64,000 nt of DNA from IMG/VR virus record IMGVR_UViG_3300045988_100778, positions 1-64,000 of that record; one strand, given 5' to 3'. Positions 16,544-25,053 of this stretch are shown in pieces (position 1 is the stretch's first letter; each line of letters starts with the position of its first letter). The translations under genes were made by a program, and so were the position numbers. Source of the DNA: a virus. Under the pieces are notes generated by a model. It saw only the letters and a program-made list of their open reading frames with translations, was not told the origin of the DNA and ran no database searches.

Positions 16544-18046
16544 ATGCTACGGTTATTGTTTACAACAGAAGATAATGTCCACCAAATGACTGTCGTAACT
16601 GACGGTATCGACAGTCAGATGAAGGTTTTCGTGACGGAAAGCCTCTATGGTGACGTGGAATATTATAAGGGGCTGGGTATCGTGATTGAACCCGGACACA
16701 CCTATAATATCGGACAGTTCAAGGAATGGGCGTTTAAGGCGCTTGTTAAGCTTATCTCATATCCGGAAGGATTCGGAGAAGAGGGCGCGGTATTGTCGGA
16801 CGTGCAGGAAGTTGTGGAATACGTATTGGAGACTAAAGAACCTACACTTAATTTCCCTGCAAAGGGAGGTGATGATATGTGCGTGGTGACGTCTTCAAAA
16901 CAGACATTCAAGAACGGACAGCCAGTAGGACACCCGGAAGGCGTCCCGGTTACATTCTCAATATCTGGGGCAGGATTCAAGGTTGACGGTGGAGGACAAG
17001 TAACGGTTGACGAGAACCCAAACAACACGGCAAGAAAAGCGGTAGTGACGGTTAAACAGAATGAAAGCGGAAAGACATTGCAGATTACATGCAACCAGGC
17101 TGCATCTACTGTAACCTACGAATATGCGCTTACAGTAGACCCGACAGCGGTAACGTTCGACGGTGCAGGAGGTGAAAAGCTGGTTACTGTGACTTCTACA
17201 AGAACAAAAGTTCTGAACGGGGTAAAACAGCAGGCAGAAAGCTATCCTACGGACATAGAGCTTGCAGGTGTGGGATTCAGCTATGAAGTGAGCGGAAACA
17301 ACTACAATCTGAAAGCCGAGGAGAATACCGGGACCTCACAGAGAACAGGAAAGGCAACCATTTCACAGGAAGGCGGAAAGACCGTACAGATGAACTTGAC
17401 ACAGAATGCGGCTACGGTGACGTATGACTATGCGCTTACAGCCAACTCACAGACCATACAGTTTGTAGCGCTTGGAGAAACGAAGAGTTTACAAGTTGTT
17501 TCAACAAGACAGAAAAAAGTTAACGGTAAACCGTCTGGTGATGTCGAGAAGGTAGATACGACTGCACAAATTACCGGAACCGGATTTAGCGAGACTTCAT
17601 CAGAAACCACCAATGGAGAGAATTATAGCATAGTGGCAGCAGAGAACAAGGCAGAAACAGCTAATAACGGTTCTATTACCATTACACAGACTGGAAGTAA
17701 CAAGACGGTAAAGGTTACGTTAACACAGCTTGCAGCGACAGTTACCTATGAATATACATTGACTACAGACCCGACAACACTTTCATTTGCAGCAGCAGGA
17801 GAAACAAAGATATTCGGTGTTTCAAGCAAGAAGCAGAAGAAAGTGAATGGGAAGAATGACGGTTCACCTATGACGGTTGACTACACTACTGTAGTGAGTG
17901 GTACGGGATTTACCAAGGGTTCTACTGAATATTCTGTAGTGGCGGATGCAAATACTGGCGCACAGCGTACCGGAACGGCAGTTGTTACGGCAGTAGAAGG
18001 AGGAAAGAAAGCGACGGTAAACCTTACACAATTGGCTGGAGAATAA
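16544..18046 (+). CDS. BACON/Ig-like repeat protein (500 aa)
   Basis: Four ~100-aa repeats, each ending ...(V/I)T(L/C)(T/N)Q(L/N/A)AA and restarting TVTYEYALT. The pattern of N-x-x-x-x-R-T/K-G/A ... Q resembles BACON domains. Confidence 0.6.
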   Translation: MLRLLFTTEDNVHQMTVVTDGIDSQMKVFVTESLYGDVEYYKGLGIVIEPGHTYNIGQFKEWAFKALVKLISYPEGFGEEGAVLSDVQEVVEYVLETKEPTLNFPAKGGDDMCVVTSSKQTFKNGQPVGHPEGVPVTFSISGAGFKVDGGGQVTVDENPNNTARKAVVTVKQNESGKTLQITCNQAASTVTYEYALTVDPTAVTFDGAGGEKLVTVTSTRTKVLNGVKQQAESYPTDIELAGVGFSYEVSGNNYNLKAEENTGTSQRTGKATISQEGGKTVQMNLTQNAATVTYDYALTANSQTIQFVALGETKSLQVVSTRQKKVNGKPSGDVEKVDTTAQITGTGFSETSSETTNGENYSIVAAENKAETANNGSITITQTGSNKTVKVTLTQLAATVTYEYTLTTDPTTLSFAAAGETKIFGVSSKKQKKVNGKNDGSPMTVDYTTVVSGTGFTKGSTEYSVVADANTGAQRTGTAVVTAVEGGKKATVNLTQLAGE

Positions 18047-18058
18047 AAATTGTTTACA

Positions 18059-19759
18059 ATGGGAAAGAGAAAAGGAAAGATAATACAAAAAGCGGAAAAG
18101 CCGGATTTGGTTGCAAGTCTTTCGAGTTTGTCCATTGAAGAGATAGACATGCTGCAAAAGGCTGCACCTATGGCATTCCAAAGCAAATTGCAGGCTGCGT
18201 TAAACTCAAACGATGCAGGGGAGATAATGAAGGCTAATTTGTATCTGGGAGAAATCAATAGACAGCCTACAAAAATTCAGTCTGTTTTCTTTGACCCTAA
18301 CGACATATCCGGTAACGGAAGAGGATTCAAGGATTCTAAAGGGGTTCTGTCCTTTTCCGTATTGCGCCGGATGGGGGACATTCATATAGTGAAAAGTATC
18401 GTGTCTACACGCGTGGAACAGATAATGAACTTTATGGATTTTTCGGAAGACGAGCAAAAGGAAGGCTTCACAATCAGAAAAAAGAAGAGCCTTTTTTCTA
18501 CCGGGGATGAGAAATTGACAAACGAGGACAAGAAAAAGATTTCAAAGATAGTTGATTTCCTGGAAAAGGGAGGATGGACGGACAAATGGGACAATGTGGA
18601 CAGCTTGCAGGAGTTTGTAAGCAAGATAATGTTGGACAGTCTCACATTAGACCAGTTGGCATTTGAGATGGTGCGCAACAGAATGTGGGAATTGCAGAAA
18701 TTCCGCGCTGTGGACGCTTCTTTGATACGTTTTCTTGACAGCGTAGACCCCAGACAAAGGGAAGGTTTCGAGCAGTACAGATTCAAGGGACATTTACCAC
18801 GTTACTGTATGGTATGGGAAGAGATGATTCTGCATAACCCTATAACGAAGGAACCGATATTGTATTATCCGTGGGAGCTTGGTTTCGGCATCAGAAACAA
18901 GACGTCTGATGTGAGAAGAAACGGGTATGGAGTGTCGGAATTGGAAACGCTGGTAAACATTATTACCTGGATATTATGGGGCTTTTCTTATAATGCGAAT
19001 TTCTTTAGCCAGGGGTCACAACCTAAAGGGTTTATCAATATAAAGAACCCCAATATATCAAACAGTACATTGCAGGAGTTTAGGCAGGCATGGACACAGA
19101 CGATGGCAGGCGTTTATAACAGTCACCGCACACCCGTTATAAACGGTATCGATTTGGAATGGGTTGATTTACAGAAACTTAGCAATCGTGATATGGAATT
19201 TAACGAATGGATAAAATTCCTTATTATAATGACATGTTCCGTATATCGTATAGACCCGTCCGAACTTGGATTCAATTTCAAGGAAAGTCAGCAGATATTC
19301 GGACAGGACGGACAGCGAGAAAGATTGAAGCACAGCCGTGAAAAAGGTTTGAAGCCTCTATTGATATTTTTACAGGGTATCATTACAAAGTATATTGTGA
19401 GCGAGTTGGATGAAAACTACGAGTTTGCATTTACCGGAATAGAGGTGGAAGACGAAGAAGCACAGGTAAAACTGGATTCTGAAAAACTGAGTAGCGGCAT
19501 GGTTTCTATGCAGGATATATTTAAGAAGTACAACGGACGAGACTTTGACCCGGAAAAGGACATCATTCTTAACCAGGTGTACCAGGGAATGAAGCAGGCA
19601 GAAGAACAGAATAAAATGTTCGGAGCTTCACAACCTGGACAACAGCCGGAAGGTGTACCGGAAAATGAAGAAGACCCGTTCGCACAGTACAAGTCATTTA
19701 ACGACAATCCTATAATGAAACCAGCAGTTGACTATTATTTAAAAAATCTTTACAAATAA
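18059..19759 (+). CDS. portal protein
   Basis: 566 aa. YNANFFSQGSQPKGFINIKN resembles the conserved portal motif, and it sits upstream of MuF, protease, scaffold and capsid genes. ATG 18059 preferred over TTG 18050. Confidence 0.8.
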   Translation: MGKRKGKIIQKAEKPDLVASLSSLSIEEIDMLQKAAPMAFQSKLQAALNSNDAGEIMKANLYLGEINRQPTKIQSVFFDPNDISGNGRGFKDSKGVLSFSVLRRMGDIHIVKSIVSTRVEQIMNFMDFSEDEQKEGFTIRKKKSLFSTGDEKLTNEDKKKISKIVDFLEKGGWTDKWDNVDSLQEFVSKIMLDSLTLDQLAFEMVRNRMWELQKFRAVDASLIRFLDSVDPRQREGFEQYRFKGHLPRYCMVWEEMILHNPITKEPILYYPWELGFGIRNKTSDVRRNGYGVSELETLVNIITWILWGFSYNANFFSQGSQPKGFINIKNPNISNSTLQEFRQAWTQTMAGVYNSHRTPVINGIDLEWVDLQKLSNRDMEFNEWIKFLIIMTCSVYRIDPSELGFNFKESQQIFGQDGQRERLKHSREKGLKPLLIFLQGIITKYIVSELDENYEFAFTGIEVEDEEAQVKLDSEKLSSGMVSMQDIFKKYNGRDFDPEKDIILNQVYQGMKQAEEQNKMFGASQPGQQPEGVPENEEDPFAQYKSFNDNPIMKPAVDYYLKNLYK

Positions 19760-19765
19760 AAAATT

Positions 19766-20695
19766 ATGGAAACTTTCGATGATTTAAAGTTGGATAGATA
19801 CATAAACAAGGCTCTTTTGGAAAAGAGCCTGGGAAGACCAGAAATGTATGACGGTCTTCTGGAGATTGCGAAGGCACAACAAGGCGTATATGTGAACAAC
19901 GCAGTAAACCGGAAGCTTGGCATTGTTGGACTGCCATATAAGAAGAGAAAGGCTACAGAGGAAGAGAAAGCCGACTTAACCAAGACAACAGAAGACCTTT
20001 ATAAAGAAGGTAGTGCGTGGAAGCGAGACAGACAGATTAAGGTACATAACAAAATAAAGTCTGAGTATTTTAAGAAAATGCTGTATGAGACCAAACCGCG
20101 TGCTTATCTTATGCTTGGAGGTGGTGGTTCTGGAAAAGGGTATTATCTTAAGAAGATGAAAGAGAAGGACCCGTCTATAGACAAGTTACCCGTTATTGAT
20201 GTGGACGATATGCGCGACATGATACCGGACTATGAAAGGGTGAAGGGGATAGACCCGAAGAAGGCATCTTCCTATGTGCATGAAGAGGTATCGGATATAG
20301 GAAAACAGATTGATAAAGAATATATTTCCAAAAAATCTTCTTTTGTGAAAGACGCTGTTTTCGGGAATCCAGCAAAACTTGAAAAATTGGTTGATGATTT
20401 GAAGGCACAGGGTTATGACGTTCATCTTGTAGGTGTGGCAACCGATTTCAGTACAGCTTTGGACAGAATACAGAAACGGTTTGAAAGAACGAAACGGTAT
20501 GTCCCTACAGAAGTGGCGAGAAAAGGACATAAAGGCGCGTCCGCATCTTTCAAGAAAGTTATCGAAACTCCATTGAAAGACAAATTCAAGTCCGTTAAAT
20601 TGTATGATGGGAATTCCGATAACGGGGTGATTTATGATAACAAAGTGTTAAATCAAAAAGAACTTGATAGGTTTCTTAAAAAAATAGACTTATAA
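19766..20695 (+). CDS. zeta-toxin-like P-loop kinase domain protein
   Basis: Walker A LGGGGSGKGY; VIDVDDMRDMIPDYERV; GYDVHLVGV; RTKRYVPTEV. These match the order of conserved blocks in the Zeta_toxin family. Confidence 0.6.
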   Translation: METFDDLKLDRYINKALLEKSLGRPEMYDGLLEIAKAQQGVYVNNAVNRKLGIVGLPYKKRKATEEEKADLTKTTEDLYKEGSAWKRDRQIKVHNKIKSEYFKKMLYETKPRAYLMLGGGGSGKGYYLKKMKEKDPSIDKLPVIDVDDMRDMIPDYERVKGIDPKKASSYVHEEVSDIGKQIDKEYISKKSSFVKDAVFGNPAKLEKLVDDLKAQGYDVHLVGVATDFSTALDRIQKRFERTKRYVPTEVARKGHKGASASFKKVIETPLKDKFKSVKLYDGNSDNGVIYDNKVLNQKELDRFLKKIDL

Positions 20696-20696
20696 A

Positions 20697-20728
20697 TTTG
20701 TTCAATTCTGAACAGTTTTGTATATTTG
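20697..20728 (+). promoter_or_regulatory. candidate promoter (-33 TTTG / -7 TATATTTG)
   Basis: TTTG 20697-20700 and TATATTTG 20721-20728 with a 20-nt spacer. ATG at 20757. Confidence 0.45.
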
Positions 20729-20756
20729 CATAGAAACTTAAAGAAAGGAGTTAATT

Positions 20757-20999
20757 ATGGAAAAGAAAAAGTACGGAATTGATATGACGGCTGATGAGTG
20801 GTTCGAGATTGAAGAGCGAGGAATGGGTGAAGACTGGACGATGGAGGAAATTGCGGCTATGGGTCCAGAAGGAAGGGAATTGCATAGAAGCACGCCTTCA
20901 AACCCTTATTTCCCTGCACCGGATATGTCAATGTGGGACGAATCGTTGTACGACGGTTACAAAATTAAAGGTAAGAAGAATGCCGGAAAAGAAAATTGA
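20757..20999 (+). CDS. hypothetical protein (80 aa)
   Basis: ORF track; AAGGAG upstream. Confidence 0.5.
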   Translation: MEKKKYGIDMTADEWFEIEERGMGEDWTMEEIAAMGPEGRELHRSTPSNPYFPAPDMSMWDESLYDGYKIKGKKNAGKEN

Positions 21000-21180
21000 T
21001 GGTATAAGAACACCTTTGGTATCGCGTCTTATTGGAGTGAAAAGACATGTGAAAGACCCTATCAGATACCCGAAAATACAATGCGGTTATGAAGGGCTTG
21101 CACAGACCATGTTCGCTACACAATCGGACGCGATGATAAAGGAGCTTATAAAAGAAATGATAAAAACGGTTGGAAAATGA
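20980..21180 (+). CDS. hypothetical protein (66 aa)
   Basis: Internal ATG 20980 (MPEKKIDGIRTPL...) of frame 20794-21180; overlaps the MuF start. Confidence 0.4.
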   Translation: MPEKKIDGIRTPLVSRLIGVKRHVKDPIRYPKIQCGYEGLAQTMFATQSDAMIKELIKEMIKTVGK

Positions 21181-22130
21181 TATTCACACCGGAAGAGATA
21201 CAAAAACTGTATGATATAATAGACTACCGTCTTGCAAGGATTGTAGCCGATGTAATGGGGGATGAACTGTTGACACCGGAAGACAAGTCCTTGTTAAGGC
21301 GGTATGGCTATAAATGGAGAAGGGAGATAGAAAAGTTACCACCCTATTTCCAATCCTATCTGTTTGGGAGATTGAGTGCGCAACTCACGCCAGCACAATT
21401 ATCAACACTCAATTTTGACGATTTTACCAAGTATATAGACCGTCACCAATGGGCAGTTCTTACACCCCTGGAAAAGGAAGTGTATTATGCGGCAGCAACA
21501 CGCACATATTCCTATATAAAGACGATGGGAGAACGGGCCAAAACGATAATGTCTAATGCCGTATCGGAAGAAGAGGTGAAAGCCCTTGTGGAGAAGCAGA
21601 GACAACTGGAGCTGGGAACGATAAAGAAGGAGATGATAGAGGGTGTCTTGAAAAAGAAGTCCGTTCAGAATATTGTTAGCAATATAGGGCATTCCTTGGA
21701 AGACTGGAACCGTGATTGGGGACGTATAGTGGAAACCGAGATGCAGAACATCTATCAGACCGGGGTAGCCCAGCAGATAATGAAGGAGCAGGGGGCGGAT
21801 GCGCTTGTATATAAAGAGGTGTTCAGTGGAGCATGCCAGCACTGTATAAAGTTTTACACCACAGCAGGGATAGGAAGCAAACCGAGGATATTCAAGCTTA
21901 TAGACCTTATAAGCAATGGGGACAATATAGGGAGGAAAGTTAAAGATTGGAAACCAGTGTTAAATAGTGTTCACCCTTTTTGCCGCTGTGACCTTAGGGA
22001 GGTGCCTAAAGGTATGGTTTGGAATGACGAGACGCATTCATTTGAACCGCCTAAAGAACCATACAAGAGACAGATAGAGAGAAAAAGTAAAGTAAAAATA
22101 TATGTTGGAGACAAAGTGTTTGAGGTATGA
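21177..22130 (+). CDS. minor head protein, Mu gpF / SPP1 gp7 family
   Basis: NSVHPFCRCDLREVP (H-P-x-C-R-C signature); located downstream of the portal. Confidence 0.8.
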   Translation: MIFTPEEIQKLYDIIDYRLARIVADVMGDELLTPEDKSLLRRYGYKWRREIEKLPPYFQSYLFGRLSAQLTPAQLSTLNFDDFTKYIDRHQWAVLTPLEKEVYYAAATRTYSYIKTMGERAKTIMSNAVSEEEVKALVEKQRQLELGTIKKEMIEGVLKKKSVQNIVSNIGHSLEDWNRDWGRIVETEMQNIYQTGVAQQIMKEQGADALVYKEVFSGACQHCIKFYTTAGIGSKPRIFKLIDLISNGDNIGRKVKDWKPVLNSVHPFCRCDLREVPKGMVWNDETHSFEPPKEPYKRQIERKSKVKIYVGDKVFEV

Positions 22131-22738
22131 TTTTCGGATATAAGGGAGATGTAGAGGTTCTGACCCTACGGAAGACAAGGGTAACAAAGGAACGTGTCAA
22201 GGAAAGAGAAGGTGAAGAGGTAGACGTGTATAACTGGGAGGTTATCCCGGTACGTCTGGACCAGATAAAGGAAGACGAGTATGTATTACTCTATTGTATG
22301 ATGAATGATACGAACCTATTCAAGAAGGGAGTGGAGTGCACCAATTTCAAAGGAGAGATGGAAAACGTTGTATTGGAAAGAGGAATAGTAATCTCCGTAT
22401 GTGAAGACGCAAAACATCTTACGTTCACTATGCCTCATCAAGTGATGATACCGCTTGTTGACGAAAAGACATTTGACGAATGGACTGACGAAGATTGTTT
22501 CGGAATAAACAGGGGAAGTAGTCGAAGAAGTCCCGATAAAGAGATAGAACAAGGGGATGTAGAGGAATACGTAAAATTCTATAATGATAATCCGGAATAC
22601 ATGCATATGGGTGCAGGAACAATAAAGATAATGGAAAGAGGTTTGTCTTTGTATGAAGGGAAACTGTATAACATAGAGGCTGGGACGGAATATGCGCTTA
22701 TAACAAAAGAAGGCTTGTTTCTGAAAACTGAACATTGA
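22127..22738 (+). CDS. hypothetical protein, possibly a degenerate Hint-fold (203 aa)
   Basis: GDVEVLTLRK... near the N-terminus, TMPH (TxxH-like) in the middle, and C-terminal LYNIEAGTEYALITKEGLFLKTEH resembling an intein C-terminal block. Confidence 0.55.
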   Translation: MIFGYKGDVEVLTLRKTRVTKERVKEREGEEVDVYNWEVIPVRLDQIKEDEYVLLYCMMNDTNLFKKGVECTNFKGEMENVVLERGIVISVCEDAKHLTFTMPHQVMIPLVDEKTFDEWTDEDCFGINRGSSRRSPDKEIEQGDVEEYVKFYNDNPEYMHMGAGTIKIMERGLSLYEGKLYNIEAGTEYALITKEGLFLKTEH

Positions 22739-22740
22739 TT

Positions 22741-23166
22741 ATGGGAGAAGGAGGATTCAACACCGGGTTTGTGGAGATAAGGACGCTTGAAGGCGAAAAG
22801 TTCCTAAAGGATATAAGGATTAATGAAGCCGTGAAGACAAGACATTCCTATACGCTTGTGGAAGGCTTGCATGTACGCGAAATGAAACCGCAAGAATCAG
22901 TGTATAACATCTATTTTAATGCAGGCAAGGAAGGTGTTCTTAACAGGATTTCGGGCGAACAAATGGTATGGACGTATGGAAAGAACTATCTTGTTCCGGT
23001 AAAAGTAAAGGAATTGAACATTTCCGACAGAATTGTTCTGTATGGGAATAAGGGGGGTAGGATTGACCGGATAGAAAAGGTGGAGACACTTAACAGGTAT
23101 TTTTATAAGCCCGAATTGAAGAAAAACACTTCCTATTATATTGATAATGTCTGTATTTTTGGATAG
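22741..23166 (+). CDS. hypothetical protein, degenerate Hint-fold candidate (141 aa)
   Basis: GFVEIRTLEGEKFLKDIRINEAVKT ... ISGEQMVW ... RIDRIEKVETLNRYFYKPEL...YYIDNVCIFG runs parallel to the terminase intein of this same window but lacks C1, the TxxH histidine and the terminal HN. Confidence 0.55.
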   Translation: MGEGGFNTGFVEIRTLEGEKFLKDIRINEAVKTRHSYTLVEGLHVREMKPQESVYNIYFNAGKEGVLNRISGEQMVWTYGKNYLVPVKVKELNISDRIVLYGNKGGRIDRIEKVETLNRYFYKPELKKNTSYYIDNVCIFG

Positions 23167-23172
23167 ATTGTG

Positions 23173-23187
23173 CAAATTTCGTATTTT
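23173..23187 (+). promoter_or_regulatory. candidate promoter box CAAATTTCGTATTTT
   Basis: Same 15-mer as at 5735; 19 nt upstream of ATG 23206. Confidence 0.4.
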
Positions 23188-23205
23188 AGCAAAAAATTTG
23201 TAGCT

Positions 23206-25005
23206 ATGAATTTAAAGAAATTATTTCATTTACAGACAGCAGAACAAAAGGTGTCTGAATACAGGGAGTTGCTGAGACGCTCCGAAAAGATAGAGGCAAG
23301 AACGGAAGAGCTTGCAAACGAATTTGCCGAAAGAAGCCAGGTATTGAAAAGCTTCTCCCTGCTTGACAAGGACGAAAGAGAGATTTCGGAAGAGAAATAC
23401 AACGAGTTCTTGAAGGAACATACTTCACGGGTTGCACAATTGCAGAAAGACAGGGACAAGGTTTTCAAGTCCATTGCCGCATTCCAGAAAGACGAAGATA
23501 TAGCGGAAGCCATTGCGGATGTATATGCAGTTCATGTAGCAAAGAAAGCATGGAAAAGTAAGAAGCTTTCCAAAAGCGCATACGATGATATCATGAAGGC
23601 AAAGACCGGGGTAGTAAAGTATGCGGACGTGCTTTTGTTCAGAGGCGGTAAGTTGCTTATCTTACAGAGAGCAGGGGAACACATGAACTATACGCCCGAT
23701 TGGTGCATACCGGGGGGACATGTGGACGAGGGAGAAGATTTCCGTACAGCCGCACAAAGAGAACTTTTCGAGGAGACCGGAATAGACGTTCCGGAAGACA
23801 CTCTTATGGAGGTCGGTGTAGCCAAAACGAAGAATGCGGAAATTCATTATTTTATGGGGCACGTTGATGATGAATCCCCGGCTTTCGTGGTGGTTGACGG
23901 TGAGGAAGAAATCGGCAGTATGTGGATTGACCCGGATACCGAACTGGAAGATTACGACTTCATCTTTGACATGAAAGACAATATCAAGAAGATTTTGGGA
24001 CTGGAAGTGCAACCCAGCCCGATAGAAATCGTGATGAAGGCTTTCCAGGAAAAGAAGGTGACGGAAGACGTGGTAAAGTCCGTGTGCGAGAAATACCCTA
24101 AGGAGATACGGAAAGCGAACAACAAGACCGATTTTTCACACAGTGAAAGAAAGGACTTGGCAAAGAAAGGCGAGGCAATGCCGAACGGGAAATACCCTAT
24201 CAGAAATAGACAGGATTTGAAGGACGCTATTAAGTTGTCCGGTGCTTCTGATATGCCGAAAGAAAAGGTTAAGGCGTGGATTAAGAAACGTGCTAAAGAA
24301 CTGGGTCTTGAAAGCGAATTGCCGGAAGACTGGAAAAGTAAGGAAGTTGAAAAGACGATGGACTGTAACGATGCGAATGCTATTTGCAAGGAAGATTTGG
24401 ACGACAAACCAAAAGGACCGGAAGGTGACGGAATAGCAAAGAACGAGGAAACGGAAACTACGGACGAAGAAACGAACAGCGAGGAAATAGAGAAGTCGGA
24501 AGACGGACTGACGGTTTCCATGAAGTTTTCTTCTGTAGAAGACGCGATGATATTCAAGAGCGTTATCTCCGAAATGATTCAAGAGGGGAAGGTGAAAGCC
24601 GATGTACTGGAAAAGGCAAAGAAGGAGAATAGGATGTATACGGTGTTTGCCGATTTCGCTAATTTCCTGGAAGGCGTTAAGACACGTTCAAAAAATGTGC
24701 ACTGGAAAGAGGAAGACAATGCCAAGCACAAGTATCTTGACGATTTGTTAGAGGAGCTTTCCGACTATGAAGATAAGATAATGGAAGCCGGACAAAGCGG
24801 TTTCGGCCGTTTCAAGGATGGGGAGATAAACGGTGAAGAAATAGAGGTGAACGACCCTATAGAATTGGTGGACCTCATTATAGACCGTACAAGGGAATTC
24901 TATTCCAAGCTTGACAATAACCCCGAATATGCAGGGGAAAAGTCGTGGGTAGAAGATTTCATGGCAACACTCAAGCAAACTAAATATCGTTTACAATTGC
25001 ATTAA
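23206..25005 (+). CDS. multidomain Nudix hydrolase protein (599 aa)
   Basis: Complete Nudix box GGHVDEGEDFRTAAQRELFEETGI. Coiled-coil N-terminus and an acidic linker. The C-terminus (NVHWKEEDNAKHKYLDDLLEEL...GEKSWVEDF) is weakly Dps/ferritin-like. Confidence 0.75.
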   Translation: MNLKKLFHLQTAEQKVSEYRELLRRSEKIEARTEELANEFAERSQVLKSFSLLDKDEREISEEKYNEFLKEHTSRVAQLQKDRDKVFKSIAAFQKDEDIAEAIADVYAVHVAKKAWKSKKLSKSAYDDIMKAKTGVVKYADVLLFRGGKLLILQRAGEHMNYTPDWCIPGGHVDEGEDFRTAAQRELFEETGIDVPEDTLMEVGVAKTKNAEIHYFMGHVDDESPAFVVVDGEEEIGSMWIDPDTELEDYDFIFDMKDNIKKILGLEVQPSPIEIVMKAFQEKKVTEDVVKSVCEKYPKEIRKANNKTDFSHSERKDLAKKGEAMPNGKYPIRNRQDLKDAIKLSGASDMPKEKVKAWIKKRAKELGLESELPEDWKSKEVEKTMDCNDANAICKEDLDDKPKGPEGDGIAKNEETETTDEETNSEEIEKSEDGLTVSMKFSSVEDAMIFKSVISEMIQEGKVKADVLEKAKKENRMYTVFADFANFLEGVKTRSKNVHWKEEDNAKHKYLDDLLEELSDYEDKIMEAGQSGFGRFKDGEINGEEIEVNDPIELVDLIIDRTREFYSKLDNNPEYAGEKSWVEDFMATLKQTKYRLQLH

Positions 25006-25053
25006 TTGTTTTGGGGAGGGGTGTAATCACCCCTTCTTTTATTAAGAAAAATT

